64,000 bases of DNA from an uncultured Chloroflexia bacterium (GTDB lineage: Bacteria; Chloroflexota; Ktedonobacteria; Ktedonobacterales; Ktedonobacteraceae): positions 195,863 through 259,862 of the forward strand of contig CAWKKX010000051.1 in NCBI GenBank assembly GCA_963850365.1, in the 5' to 3' direction. Shown one piece after another: positions 10,169 to 20,616 of the stretch (positions within the stretch are counted from its first letter, which is position 1; each line of letters starts with the position of its first letter). A program made the translations under genes and the position numbers. The notes beneath the pieces are model-generated. The model had not been told where the DNA came from. It saw only the letters and a program-made list of their open reading frames with translations, and did no database searches.

Positions 10169-10239
10169 TTTCTATAGTTGCATTTATTTTCTATAGGTGC
10201 GCAATGCGCACCTATAGAAAATAAATGCAACTATAGAAA
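10169..10239. repeat. Long perfect palindrome (35-bp arms, 1-nt loop)
   Basis: TTTCTATAGTTGCATTTATTTTCTATAGGTGCGCA-A-reverse complement, between convergent genes. Confidence 0.9.
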
Positions 10240-10255
10240 AAGATGTATAACACAC

Positions 10256-11056
10256 TTATTGTGTGGCGAGTTCTTGCATAAAGGCAGCAAGATCGGCGTA
10301 AATGTATTCTGGTTGTATGGACGACTTTGCCAGGCTTGCAGGCGTGTCTTTGCCTGAAAAGACGAGCATAGTATGTGTACCAGCGGCGATACCGGCTTTG
10401 ATATCTACGCCCAGGTTGTCGCCGATCATCACCGTTTCCGCCGCAGAGCTTTGTAGACGCAGCATAGCCTCTTGCAACAGAGCCGGTTCTGGTTTGCCGA
10501 TGATTTCGGGAACCACTTCGCTGCTGGCCTCAATTGCCGCCACCATTGCGCCGCATCCTGCGACCAGGCTACCGGCGATTGGCAAGAGAGGGTCGCGGTT
10601 GATCGCAATAAAGACAGCCCCTTTTTTCAATGCTTGTACCGCATCGTTCAGCTTCTTATAGTCAAATGAGCGATCAAGGCCGACCAGCACCGCATCTGCT
10701 ACTTGCCAGTCTGGATTTGCGACCTTTAAACCATAGCTACGTACCATATCAGAGAGAGGGGATTCGCCAACGATATAGACCTTCGCATTTGGGAGGCGAT
10801 GCGCGATATTTTGTACCGCCGCTTGAGCGGCTCCAAGAACGTGTGCCTGATTGGTAGCAATGCCCAGACGTGCGAGTTTATCCACGACCTGTTGTTCGCT
10901 GGCAAAAGAATTGTTCGTAAGGAAAAGATACTTTTTATCTTTGTCATCGAGCCACTGTATAAACTCTTTCGCACCTGGGATAAGCGTCTCCCCGCGATAG
11001 ATCACGCCATCCAGATCAATCAGATAGGTAGTGAGTTGTTGCAATGGTGGTAACAT
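10256..11056 (-). CDS. HAD-IIA family phosphatase (NagD-like)
   Basis: DLDGVIY, FLTNNS, GKPEP, MIGDNLGVDI motifs. Confidence 0.9.
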   Translation of the reverse strand: MLPPLQQLTTYLIDLDGVIYRGETLIPGAKEFIQWLDDKDKKYLFLTNNSFASEQQVVDKLARLGIATNQAHVLGAAQAAVQNIAHRLPNAKVYIVGESPLSDMVRSYGLKVANPDWQVADAVLVGLDRSFDYKKLNDAVQALKKGAVFIAINRDPLLPIAGSLVAGCGAMVAAIEASSEVVPEIIGKPEPALLQEAMLRLQSSAAETVMIGDNLGVDIKAGIAAGTHTMLVFSGKDTPASLAKSSIQPEYIYADLAAFMQELATQ

Positions 11057-11070
11057 ATATTCCTCTATTT

Positions 11071-12582
11071 TTACTCGCGCATAAGCTGTTCGCGGATAGC
11101 GATAATCTCGCGGCGTAGCGTCTGGTTGACGTTGACAGAGCGATCAATCTTCTCACAAGCGTGCAGGACTGTGCTATGGTCGCGACCTCCGAAGAGCTGA
11201 CCGATCTCCAGCAGAGAGGTCTGTGTCTCCTGACGGATCAGATACATAGCGATCTGACGTGGCGTCACTATATATTTGTCGCGCTGTTTCCCGCACATCG
11301 CCTCCAAAGAAATGTGGTAGTAGTCAGCGACTATTTGTGCGATCTGCTGGCCGCTCAGATGTGATTCGCGATTATCGCTAACCAGTGAAGACATCGCGGC
11401 GCGTGCAACATCCAGAGTCAGGTCTGTGCGATGGAGTTGTTGAAAGGCCATGAGCCGATTGAGGCAGCCTTCGAGTTCGCGGATATTGGTTTGTACGCGA
11501 CCAGCGATATAGGCAATAATCTCATCGGGCACGCGATAACGTAGGGCATCGGCCTTCACGCGCAGAATCGCCATCCTGGTCTCCAGATCTGGTGGTTGAA
11601 TATCGGCGATAAGGCCCCACTCGAAGCGTGAGCGCAACCGTTCCTCCAGGCTTACAATCGCTTTAGGCGGGCGGTCACTACAGATCACAATCTGCTTGCT
11701 CATTTCATAGAGACTATTAAACGTATGAAAAAACTCTTCTTCGGTCGATTCTTTGCCAGCGATAAACTGAATATCATCAACGAGCAAGATATCGACAGAG
11801 CGATACTTAGCGCGGAATTCTTCAGTTGTGCGGTAGCGAATGGCATTAATGATCTCATTGGTAAACTGTTCTGAAGAGACATAGAGCACTGCCAGGCCCG
11901 TCTGGACGCCCTGGTGTCCGATTGCATGCAGCAAGTGCGTCTTGCCCAGACCCACGCCACCATAGAGGAAGAGAGGATTATATGATTCGCCGGGAGCCTC
12001 GGCCACCGCCAGCGAGGCAGCATGTGCCAGACGATTGCTATTACCGACGATAAAGGCCTCGAACGTATAACGTGGATTGAGGCGATTATGTGCCAGCATA
12101 TTTGCACGCTGCTCGTTCTCCCATTCCTCCAACGTATCGGGCGAGGCGTAGGCAAACTCACTCTGAGTAGCAGGCTTTGGCGAGATATCGTAGTAACTGT
12201 GTTGTGCAGCTTGTGCTTGCTGTTGTGCCAGCGCCGGATTTGCACGCGGCGACTGCTCACGGCCATTGCTATGCCCGGAACGTTCTGTCACAGGTGCTTT
12301 ATTCTGTATATTGACCACTGTTAGAGTTACCAGTTGGCCCGTCACCTCTTTTAGAATATCTTCAAGCAAGCGTCGCCAGCGAGTTGTAATGACATCACAA
12401 GCCAGGTCATTAGGTACCTGGAGTTTAAATTGAAGATCCTGTACACTTTCATCGAGGTTGTCAGCACCTACAATAGTTATTTCATCTATATGTGCTTCTT
12501 GCAACCATGTTTTAGTCAGGGCATCGATGGGAGTGTTTTCTAGCTGCTCAAGAGTGGTGCGCCAAATAGTCGCCGTATTCAC
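11071..12582 (-). CDS. dnaA: Chromosomal replication initiator DnaA
   Basis: [64 protein letters not shown]; GTG start 16 bp after the ridA stop. Confidence 0.97.
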   Translation of the reverse strand: MNTATIWRTTLEQLENTPIDALTKTWLQEAHIDEITIVGADNLDESVQDLQFKLQVPNDLACDVITTRWRRLLEDILKEVTGQLVTLTVVNIQNKAPVTERSGHSNGREQSPRANPALAQQQAQAAQHSYYDISPKPATQSEFAYASPDTLEEWENEQRANMLAHNRLNPRYTFEAFIVGNSNRLAHAASLAVAEAPGESYNPLFLYGGVGLGKTHLLHAIGHQGVQTGLAVLYVSSEQFTNEIINAIRYRTTEEFRAKYRSVDILLVDDIQFIAGKESTEEEFFHTFNSLYEMSKQIVICSDRPPKAIVSLEERLRSRFEWGLIADIQPPDLETRMAILRVKADALRYRVPDEIIAYIAGRVQTNIRELEGCLNRLMAFQQLHRTDLTLDVARAAMSSLVSDNRESHLSGQQIAQIVADYYHISLEAMCGKQRDKYIVTPRQIAMYLIRQETQTSLLEIGQLFGGRDHSTVLHACEKIDRSVNVNQTLRREIIAIREQLMRE

Positions 12583-12598
12583 CCGTGTTCCCCCGTGC

Positions 12599-12985
12599 TT
12601 ACTCTTCGACAAGTGCCACACACTCAATCTCAACGAGAGCTTGCCGTGGAAGTTCCGCCACAGCTACTGTTGAACGAGCGGGGGCCACACTTCCAAAATA
12701 GCTGGCGTAGACATCATTCATGGCCTGAAAATCGCTCATGTGTACGAGAAAGACAGTGGTCTTAACCACATTTTTCAGCGAAGCTCCTGCGCTTTGCAGC
12801 ACGGCCTGGAGATTCTGCAAGACACGCTCTGTCTGTGCCCGGATCTCTGTAGCAACTATCTCGCCGGTGACCGGGTCGAGCGGAATCTGGCCGGAAGTAT
12901 AAATAAACTTACCAGTGCGGATCGCCTGGCTATAAGGTCCAATAGCAGCTGGAGCATGAGCAGTGCTAATTTGTGTGTATTCCAT
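12599..12985 (-). CDS. ridA: RidA/YjgF reactive intermediate deaminase
   Basis: [34 protein letters not shown]. Confidence 0.92.
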   Translation of the reverse strand: MEYTQISTAHAPAAIGPYSQAIRTGKFIYTSGQIPLDPVTGEIVATEIRAQTERVLQNLQAVLQSAGASLKNVVKTTVFLVHMSDFQAMNDVYASYFGSVAPARSTVAVAELPRQALVEIECVALVEE

Positions 12986-13100
12986 ATATTTCCCATTATT
13001 GGGCAAGGAGACGCCAGCGCCATCTTGCACCATCTCTATGTAGAAACTCTCTCGTACAAAACTCAAATAAACCTGAAAAAAGTGATTGGATGCGTTTTAC

Positions 13101-14069
13101 TTAGTACTGACTATGCCCTGATGGCGGGTAGTGTCCAGGGCCATCATTATTCATTGAGTAGTGCGCAGAGTAAGACTGGGTGGATTGAGCCGCTGGCTGT
13201 TTAGTATGTGCAATTTCCTTTGCACATACTCGCAGTGCTTGCTGCATCTCCAACGCGGAATTAAAGCGATCTTCGGGTTCCTTTTGCAATGTCCGATTCA
13301 CTAACTGCTCCAGCACAGGAGGAACAAGAGGGCTGAATTGGCGCAATGGGGGAGGGGTTGCCGAAGCATGCTGCATTGCAATCGAAACTGCTGTTGGGCC
13401 CACAAAAGGCGGGCGACCGGCCAGCATCTCGAACATCACAACCCCTAATGAATAGAGATCGGAAGAAGCTGTCAGTGTCTCACCTCTTGCCTGTTCAGGG
13501 GAAAGATAGTCGGCAGTACCAAGTACGATACCGCTATTGGTCAGACCCGCATCCTCGGCCACGCGTACAATTCCAAAGTCTGTAAGTTTTACCCATGCCC
13601 CCCCATCGCTCAAACCTCCGGTGGCACCACTCCAGGCTAACATAATATTCTGCGGCTTAATATCACGATGAATAAAACCACGCGCATGTGCTACTTGCAG
13701 GACTGCACAAACCTGCGAAGCGATCTCGATTGCCTCGCGTGGTTGTAACTGCCGGCGTTGCCCAATAAGTTGTTTTAGTGTCGGGCCATGGATATACTCC
13801 ATTACAAGAAAATATTGGCCTATCTCTTCCACGAAATCATAAATGGTCACGGCATTCGGATGTGCAAGCGCTGCGGCAGCACGTGCTTCGCGGCGGAATC
13901 GCTCTACCGCACGCAAATCATTCTTATCCAGGGATCGTAAAACTTTGATCGCAACTATGCGCTCTACGCGGTGATCCCAGGTTTTGAAGACGCTCGCCAT
14001 ACCACCTGTGGCGATATGCTCACGAATCTCGTACCGTCCAGCGATTAGTGTGCCTTCAAATTGGTTCAA
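13101..14069 (-). CDS. Hanks-type Ser/Thr protein kinase (soluble, PknB-like catalytic domain only)
   Basis: GGMASV, VAIKVL, HRDIKPQN, DFG, YLSPEQ, DLYSLG; no TM or PASTA domains. Confidence 0.93.
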   Translation of the reverse strand: MNQFEGTLIAGRYEIREHIATGGMASVFKTWDHRVERIVAIKVLRSLDKNDLRAVERFRREARAAAALAHPNAVTIYDFVEEIGQYFLVMEYIHGPTLKQLIGQRRQLQPREAIEIASQVCAVLQVAHARGFIHRDIKPQNIMLAWSGATGGLSDGGAWVKLTDFGIVRVAEDAGLTNSGIVLGTADYLSPEQARGETLTASSDLYSLGVVMFEMLAGRPPFVGPTAVSIAMQHASATPPPLRQFSPLVPPVLEQLVNRTLQKEPEDRFNSALEMQQALRVCAKEIAHTKQPAAQSTQSYSAHYSMNNDGPGHYPPSGHSQY

Positions 14070-14217
14070 CGTTTTACCTCAAACGACCTGGGCGAATACT
14101 TCAAAAAAACTTTCGTTTCAGAGGCTAGTATACCATCAATGGGATGTGGAGTCCAGGATAACTCAGGGACTCCACCAAGTTACCCATAGGAGTGTCTCTG
14201 TTGCTTGCCCCCAGCGT

Positions 14218-14331
14218 GCTCACGCCTACGGCGTTCGCTCCTCTTTTCTCTTGTATTCCATAACTTGCACCTTTCCCCATTTCTTGCGCATCGCGCAAGA
14301 AATGGGGAAAGGTGCAAGTTATGGAATACAA
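14218..14331. repeat. Long perfect palindrome (39-bp arms) plus companion mini-hairpin
   Basis: Arms 14251-14289 and 14293-14331; adjacent CTCACGCCTACGGCGTTCGC. Confidence 0.9.
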
Positions 14332-14614
14332 CAGTCTCTTAAATCGCTAGATCCGAAGACTGGATGCGTCTATATACTGGATACAAATTCGCCGTGATTC
14401 TCGTATTATAATGAGAGGTACGGTCAGTAGAGTTTTCTCATGTGTATTTAACGCCTTTTTATTCTTTGCTTTACATAACTGTAATAGCGCCTTAACCATC
14501 CACTAAATACAACGTGATACCTTTAGATTGGTACATGAATCGCTCATGTGGTAAATCAATGGGGACTACCATTTGATGAGGTAACGCTATTCTGTAAAGG
14601 CTAGGTGGAGAACC

Positions 14615-15781
14615 ATGCGCGTCGCAATTATTACAGAGAACTTTTTACCGAAGCTAGATGGAGTGACACGAACATTAGCACGCCTATTGGAGCATCTACA
14701 GGCTAACGGGCATCATACGCTGCTATTAGGTCCAGAATCAGGCATGGAAGAGTATGCAGGGGCTGAAGTCATTGGCACGGCCGGACTGCCATTTCCCTTT
14801 TACCCTGAGCTCAAATTCAATTTTTTTCGTCCCCTTTTTATTCGCAGGTTGCACGAGTTCCAGCCTGAAATTCTGCACATTGTTGATCCCGTAATCCTGG
14901 GAGCAACAGGTCTGGCGGCGGCTCGTCTTTTTAATATTCCAATCATTTCATCATATCATACTAATCTAGCTGCCTATTGTGAACACTTTGGCTTCTCATT
15001 ATTAACAAAACCGATGTGGCTCTATAACCGTTTTGTTCATAATCAATGTTCGTTAACATTTTGTCCATCGCCTTCTACGGCAACAATGTTACAAAAACAA
15101 GGTTTTGAGCACCTGCGTATCTGGCCGCGCGGCGTCGATATGGAGCTGTTTAACCCAACTCGTAGGGATGCCCAGGTGCGTGCATCCTGGTTACAAGAAC
15201 GTACTAACCCTGAACAAAAAACAATTCTGCTCTATGTCGGGCGAGTCTCCTGGGAGAAAAATCTACATCTTTTGGTACAAGCTTATCGCGAAATGGATCA
15301 CTCGCGCTGTCATCTGGTAATCGTGGGTCATGGACCTGCTTATACAGAGATCCAGCAAGATCTCAGCAATGTGCCTGTCACTTTTACCGGCTACTTGAGT
15401 GGGGAAGCATTGGCAACAGCCTATGCTTCGGCCGATGTATTCGCCTTTCCATCGTATACAGAGACTTTTGGGCAGGTCGTCCTGGAAGCTATGGCCTGTG
15501 GTTTGCCTGTGGTTGGAGTGCGCTCTGAGGGCGTATGTGACCTGGTGCAAAGCGGTCACTCTGGCTTGCTACTCAACGCGGAAACGATGAGCGCGGAAGA
15601 ACAGGTTACGGGTTACCGCGCAGATCTGGAGCAGTTGGTGTTGAATGAGTCATTGCGCATACGAATGCAGCAGGCAGCTCACAGCGAGGCGCTTGGTCGC
15701 AGCTGGCACGAGGCGATGGAATGCCTCGTGCGTGGATACTACGAAGTGGTCGAAGAGATGCAGCTGCAAGAGGTGGCATAA
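14615..15781 (+). CDS. GT4 family glycosyltransferase
   Basis: MRVAIITENFLPKLDGV, SYHTN, ETFGQVVLEAMACGLPV. Confidence 0.92.
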   Translation: MRVAIITENFLPKLDGVTRTLARLLEHLQANGHHTLLLGPESGMEEYAGAEVIGTAGLPFPFYPELKFNFFRPLFIRRLHEFQPEILHIVDPVILGATGLAAARLFNIPIISSYHTNLAAYCEHFGFSLLTKPMWLYNRFVHNQCSLTFCPSPSTATMLQKQGFEHLRIWPRGVDMELFNPTRRDAQVRASWLQERTNPEQKTILLYVGRVSWEKNLHLLVQAYREMDHSRCHLVIVGHGPAYTEIQQDLSNVPVTFTGYLSGEALATAYASADVFAFPSYTETFGQVVLEAMACGLPVVGVRSEGVCDLVQSGHSGLLLNAETMSAEEQVTGYRADLEQLVLNESLRIRMQQAAHSEALGRSWHEAMECLVRGYYEVVEEMQLQEVA

Positions 15782-15790
15782 CAGGACAAT

Positions 15791-16615
15791 TCAGACTGGC
15801 AAGCCTTCGCGGACAGCCCAGGCTTTTCCATCGGGCCCGGCTGTCAGGACCTGCAAGCCTGATTTTGTGATTGCGACTGTATGCTCAAAGTGCGCACAGG
15901 GCTTGCCATCCTGCGCAACGATAGTCCAGTGATCGGGCAGGGTGCGTATACGATTAGAACTCATTGTAACCATTGGTTCTATAGCGATGACGACGCCAGG
16001 CTTTAATTCAAAATCGCCCAGAGCCTCATACTGGCGTGTGAGGTAATTAGGGACCTGGGGCGTCTCCCACATCTCGCGACCAATACTATGTCCGACAAGG
16101 CCCTCAACCACTGCAAAACCGGCATCTTTCACAAATGATTCGATCTCCCTGGCCACCTCGCTCCATCTTTTACGCTTTGGGATCAGTTGAATTGCCAGGC
16201 CCAGAGTGTTTTCTGTAATGTCTAGCAGACGTTGCACTTTTGGATTGACAGTGCCGACCGGGTGGGTGACGGCTGCATCTCCACACCAGCCATTATATTT
16301 GATTCCTAGATCAATGCCGACGACATCGCCCTCTTGCAGCTTGCGCGGCCCTGGCAGTCCATGTACCAATTGCTCATTAACCGAAATACAGGCCACCGCC
16401 GGGAATGGGACATTGCCAGTGCTACTTGGCACACCTTTAAAGAGTGCAACGGCGTGTTGCTCCTGGATAAATGCCTCAACAGCGGCATTGATTTCTGCCG
16501 TTGTTATGCCTGGTTTGATAAGCTCGGCGGCCACCTGGTGCGCTTGCCAGGTAAGCAGACCCGCTTGCCGCATCTTCGCAATCTCTTTCTCTGATTTCAG
16601 GTTTTGATTTGGCAT
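15791..16615 (-). CDS. map: Methionine aminopeptidase type I
   Basis: CISVNEQLVHGLP, DLG...GD, GHSIG, AIEPM, HFEHT. Confidence 0.95.
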   Translation of the reverse strand: MPNQNLKSEKEIAKMRQAGLLTWQAHQVAAELIKPGITTAEINAAVEAFIQEQHAVALFKGVPSSTGNVPFPAVACISVNEQLVHGLPGPRKLQEGDVVGIDLGIKYNGWCGDAAVTHPVGTVNPKVQRLLDITENTLGLAIQLIPKRKRWSEVAREIESFVKDAGFAVVEGLVGHSIGREMWETPQVPNYLTRQYEALGDFELKPGVVIAIEPMVTMSSNRIRTLPDHWTIVAQDGKPCAHFEHTVAITKSGLQVLTAGPDGKAWAVREGLPV

Positions 16616-16838
16616 ACTCTGTTTTCCTTAACTGTTGTGCTTCTATCTGGGTATTGGCATTAATCAGTCGAATAAACGTTACCAATGATGGATAATTCAC
16701 ATTTCCAATTATAAATAGTACGTCAAAATATCTGCATTGTTTGATTTTATGGGCTGGAATATCCATTTAGCCAGTTTGAAATGAAGGGAGAAAACTGATG
16801 AGTATTTTAAGCGACGCATTTTTGGAAGGAAAAAAGAA

Positions 16839-17372
16839 TCAGGCAAGCAATTTTGCGGCCACTTGTTGATAGGTCGTATAGGTTTTATTATCGAAGAGCA
16901 CGAACATAACCTGCTGCAAGCTTGTTGGCTGTTTGATGTGTTCGATGATAGTCGTGAGGGCGAGCGGTGCGGCCAGCGTAACTGGATAGCCATACGCGCC
17001 AGTGCTGAGCGAGGGAAAGGCCATACTGTGGATTTGATACTGTTCTGCCAGGTCAAGGCAGCTTTGATATGCGCTGGTAAGTAAGCGAGCTTCATCGCCG
17101 TGCTGGTTATAGATCGGACCAACCGCGTGGAAGATATAGCGTGCCTTGAGATTGCCGGCCGAAGTCGCTACAGCTTTTCCTGTCGCGCAACCACCAATCT
17201 TGCGGCATTCCTGCATAATAGTTGGTCCACCAGCGCGATGTATAGCCCCATCGACGCCCCCACCGCCAGCCAGAGCAGCATTGGCTGCGTTCACGATTGC
17301 ATCCACCTGTACATCGACAATATTGCCCTGAAGAAGTGTCAGAGTTATGCCATTCACCGCGTATGTAGACAT
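16839..17372 (-). CDS. Macrodomain O-acetyl-ADP-ribose deacetylase (YmdB-like)
   Basis: DAIVNAAN, GGGGVDGAIHRAGG, HAVGP, AFPSLSTGAYGYP. Confidence 0.93.
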   Translation of the reverse strand: MSTYAVNGITLTLLQGNIVDVQVDAIVNAANAALAGGGGVDGAIHRAGGPTIMQECRKIGGCATGKAVATSAGNLKARYIFHAVGPIYNQHGDEARLLTSAYQSCLDLAEQYQIHSMAFPSLSTGAYGYPVTLAAPLALTTIIEHIKQPTSLQQVMFVLFDNKTYTTYQQVAAKLLA

Positions 17373-17605
17373 AAGATATCTATCTCCAGCTCAAAATCTC
17401 ATTGATCATGGAAAAATCCAGCTTATTTGCGTTATATTAGGCAAGTCTCTATGAACATCGTAGGAGGAATGCGCACTCCATCACCTGCAAGCGGGGAGAG
17501 TTGCAACGGGAAGACACCCACAAAAAGGCGTCTATTGTTTATCCTAATCTACAATGTTCATAGAAGCTTTTACTGTCTTGGCAGTGAATACTACATCACG
17601 ACATC

Positions 17606-17926
17606 CTACTTTTTGACAACAGCCTCCGAAAGTTCTTTGCCTGGAAAAAAGCGTACGCGCTCTTTTGCAGGCACCTCGATAGGTTTGCGGTCGCGTGGAT
17701 TAACCCCTTTCCGCGCTGCACTCTGGCGCACTTTGAATGAACCAAAGCCTACTAGACGGACCTCATCACCATCTTGAAGTGCTTCACGGATCGCCGTGAG
17801 CGTGGCTTCCAGCACTTCAGCCGCTTGTTTCTGCGATAGTTTTGCTTGTTTGGCAATACGCTTTGAAAGCTCCTGCCGACCAATGGTTTGAGATGTAGCT
17901 GCCTGTTCAGTCTTTTCTTCTGCCAT
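17606..17926 (-). CDS. hup: HU family DNA-binding protein
   Basis: VRLVGFGSFKVRQSAARKGVNP...F.PGKEL; upstream minus-strand TTGTAT-17-TATACT promoter. Confidence 0.93.
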   Translation of the reverse strand: MAEEKTEQAATSQTIGRQELSKRIAKQAKLSQKQAAEVLEATLTAIREALQDGDEVRLVGFGSFKVRQSAARKGVNPRDRKPIEVPAKERVRFFPGKELSEAVVKK

Positions 17927-18335
17927 AGGTTGAATTTCCTCCTTGCAACTATCAACGCACGTCGCTTTTTTTACCCAAGGGCACTTTGCCGGGCTTGTAG
18001 AGCGGCGTTACAACCTCACTGCCGATTAGGAGTATAGCACGCGATTTTGAGAAATACAAGCGCCTCACTCTCATTCAAAAAGTGATATATATAGTGAAGG
18101 CGCTCCAGGACTGGCTTTATACCTAGCATACGAGTGTAAAAATGGCTTTAGAGATAGGCTCTACATAAGATTGTTCTTTTCTCGTATGGTCAATCAGTGC
18201 AAGCATTAAGGGCATAGTTCAACACTATTCTAGTTTTATTTTTATACCAACTGTTTCTCTGCCCAAGCTCGGGAAATAATAGAATCAAATGCTGCTAAAA
18301 CTCCTCCTACAAATCATTTTTTAGACATATGAGAG

Positions 18336-18355
18336 TTATCCACAAGTTATCCACT
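18336..18355 (+). promoter_or_regulatory. Tandem DnaA boxes
   Basis: TTATCCACA (consensus) and TTATCCACT, 2 bp apart. Confidence 0.7.
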
Positions 18356-18385
18356 TAGATATAAAAAATTGGTGGGTAAGACTCT

Positions 18386-18443
18386 TTTACCATCTAGCCA
18401 AGAAGTGTTACAATGAAGTGGGGGAAAGTGGGGAATTATGGTG
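18386..18443 (+). promoter_or_regulatory. dcw promoter with MraZ operator repeats
   Basis: TTTACC-17-TACAAT (extended TG), then GTGGG / GTGGG / ATGGT at 10-bp period (18418, 18428, 18438), typical of MraZ binding repeats. Confidence 0.75.
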
Positions 18444-18568
18444 AGCTAGTGACATTTGAGGGGAGGATAGGTGAAGGATGTCAGAATGTGGTCAAAGTTT
18501 CACTGGTTTTTGGCACTGTTTTAAATATAAATAGTATAAATGGAGCTGCAGAAAGTATATCGCTTACT

Positions 18569-18976
18569 ATGTTTTTAGGTGAATATGAACATACAATAGA
18601 TGCAAAAGGGCGTATGGCGGTACCTGCAAAGTTCCGCGCACAGATGGATCGTGGTGCTGTTATTAGTAAAGGTATGGGCACCTGTCTATCGATCTATACA
18701 CTTGAGCGCTGGGAGCAGCGCTCAAACGACCTTGCTGCGGGCATGGCAAGCGATGAATTGCGTGATTTTGAGCGGCGCATCTACCCAAGTGCCAGTGAAA
18801 TTGAGCTAGATGCACAGGGGCGTATGGTTATTCCTGCGAAGTTACGGACATACGCTGAATTAGGTAATGAAGTCACTGTAGCGGGTGTGCGCGATCATTT
18901 TGAGATCTGGGATCGTGCCACCTGGCAGGCCTATCAAGAGCGTTTAGATGCAGAAGGTGGTCAGATACCTTTTTAA
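18569..18976 (+). CDS. mraZ: Division/cell wall cluster repressor MraZ
   Basis: MFLGEYEHTIDAKGRMAVPAKFR, DAQGR, FEIW. Confidence 0.95.
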   Translation: MFLGEYEHTIDAKGRMAVPAKFRAQMDRGAVISKGMGTCLSIYTLERWEQRSNDLAAGMASDELRDFERRIYPSASEIELDAQGRMVIPAKLRTYAELGNEVTVAGVRDHFEIWDRATWQAYQERLDAEGGQIPF

Positions 18977-19031
18977 ACTACTTATGTAGTATATGTATAA
19001 AGTAAAAGAACTAATTTACAAGAAGAACTCA

Positions 19032-20012
19032 ATGGAAAGAGAGCAGACACAACATGTGTCAGTGATGTTGGATGAGGTGTTGAGGTTCTTAGAACCCAGA
19101 GCTGGCGGTCTTTACATCGATGGCACATTAGGTGGAGGAGGGCATACTGCAGCAATTTTGGAGCGTTCAGCTCCTGATGGGAGAGTACTGGGCATTGACG
19201 CAGATAGTCAGGCATTAGCGCGTGTAGGGGAGCGGCTAGCAGAGTTTGTAGGGAATGGGCGTCTGGTTCTGGCACATGGCAATTTTGCGGACCTGGCCCG
19301 GATCGCTCGGCAAGCGGGGTTTAGTTCTGTGCAGGGAGTTTTGCTCGATCTGGGATTTTCATCGGATCAAATGGATAATGCTGAGCGCGGATTTGCCTTT
19401 AGCAACGATGGTCCCCTGGATATGCGTCTTGATCAATCTCTTGCTCTAACGGCCGCCGATGTAGTGAATGAGGCAAGTGAGCAGGAACTGGCGGACATTA
19501 TCTGGCGTTATGGCGAGGAGACGCGTTCACGACAAATTGCACGCCGTATTGTACAGGAGCGGGCAAAAGGTTTACTCACCCGTACGTCTCAGCTGGCCAG
19601 AATTGCCGCCTCCGGTGTACCGCATAAGCCGGGAGCGATCCACCCGGCAACGCGCACATTTCAAGCCTTGCGTATCTCGGTCAATCAAGAGCTGGAGCAT
19701 CTGGAAGCAGCACTGCCGCAGATTGTAGATATTCTTAGCACGCAGCGTGTCGGCGAACATAAAGGGGCCGGAAGAATGGTCATTATTGCTTTTCATTCTT
19801 TGGAGGACCGCATTGTCAAAGATTATTTGCGTCATGAGGCAACCGATTGTCTCTGCCCACCGCGTATACCTATCTGTGTCTGTGGCCATAAAGCACGTTT
19901 GCATATAGTAACAACGAAACCTGCAATACCAGATGCGCAAGAAATTGCACGTAATCCGCGTGCTCGCAGTGCCAAATTGCGAGCAGCCGAAGTACTTGTT
20001 AGCTCTTCATAG
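19032..20012 (+). CDS. rsmH: 16S rRNA m4C1402 methyltransferase
   Basis: HVSVMLDEV, DGTLGGGGH, DLGFSS, HPATRTFQALRI, FHSLEDR, NPRARSAKLR. Confidence 0.96.
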   Translation: MEREQTQHVSVMLDEVLRFLEPRAGGLYIDGTLGGGGHTAAILERSAPDGRVLGIDADSQALARVGERLAEFVGNGRLVLAHGNFADLARIARQAGFSSVQGVLLDLGFSSDQMDNAERGFAFSNDGPLDMRLDQSLALTAADVVNEASEQELADIIWRYGEETRSRQIARRIVQERAKGLLTRTSQLARIAASGVPHKPGAIHPATRTFQALRISVNQELEHLEAALPQIVDILSTQRVGEHKGAGRMVIIAFHSLEDRIVKDYLRHEATDCLCPPRIPICVCGHKARLHIVTTKPAIPDAQEIARNPRARSAKLRAAEVLVSSS

Positions 20013-20112
20013 TGTGTCATTTGTAAGGGTGTAGGATGCAGGTTCCTCTGACCTGGACATGCATCTATCTGTATGAAGGTGATGGCTGAACATCCCAGAA
20101 TGTCTCGAAGGA

Positions 20113-20544
20113 ATGCGAAATATGCAATTTATGTATAGCCGAAATGGTCAGAGTAATAATGAGCGTGTTTCTCTATCAGCAGGGCCAGTTTTTGTAGCCA
20201 GGCGACGGCGGCAGATGCGTCCATTTTTCTTTCATATGGGGCCTGTTGCATTGTGTATTACCAGCGTGTTGCTCATGGGACTCATGGCAGTACTTTATCT
20301 TAGCCAGCAGGGGCAAGCTGTAGCAGCCAATCAGGAACTGCAAAATATGCGTACTGAGCAAGCTCAATTGCAACGTCAGAAGCAAGATTTACTGGATAGT
20401 ATTGCCCGCGAACAGTCCCCGGCTTACATTACGGAACATGCAAAAGAATTAGGACTGGTACCCGTTGATCCAAAACATATACACGTTATTAAAGTGCAGA
20501 ATTTGCAGCCGCTAGTTAATAGCAATCAAGATAATCAGCCGTAG
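20113..20544 (+). CDS. ftsL: FtsL-like cell division protein
   Basis: Single TM plus coiled coil, AKELGL motif; located between rsmH and the PBP gene; start uncertain. Confidence 0.75.
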   Translation: MRNMQFMYSRNGQSNNERVSLSAGPVFVARRRRQMRPFFFHMGPVALCITSVLLMGLMAVLYLSQQGQAVAANQELQNMRTEQAQLQRQKQDLLDSIAREQSPAYITEHAKELGLVPVDPKHIHVIKVQNLQPLVNSNQDNQP

Positions 20545-20616
20545 TATGCAGTCAACATGTTTTATGAACTGAACTGACAGTGTGCAGTGTACACGCCAGG
20601 ATGAGGAGACCACAGA

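Noticed and set aside
13984-14397. ORFs with identical peptides on both strands (YSITCTFPHFLR.AQEMGKGASYGIQ)
   Set aside because: Artefact of the 39-bp-arm palindrome.
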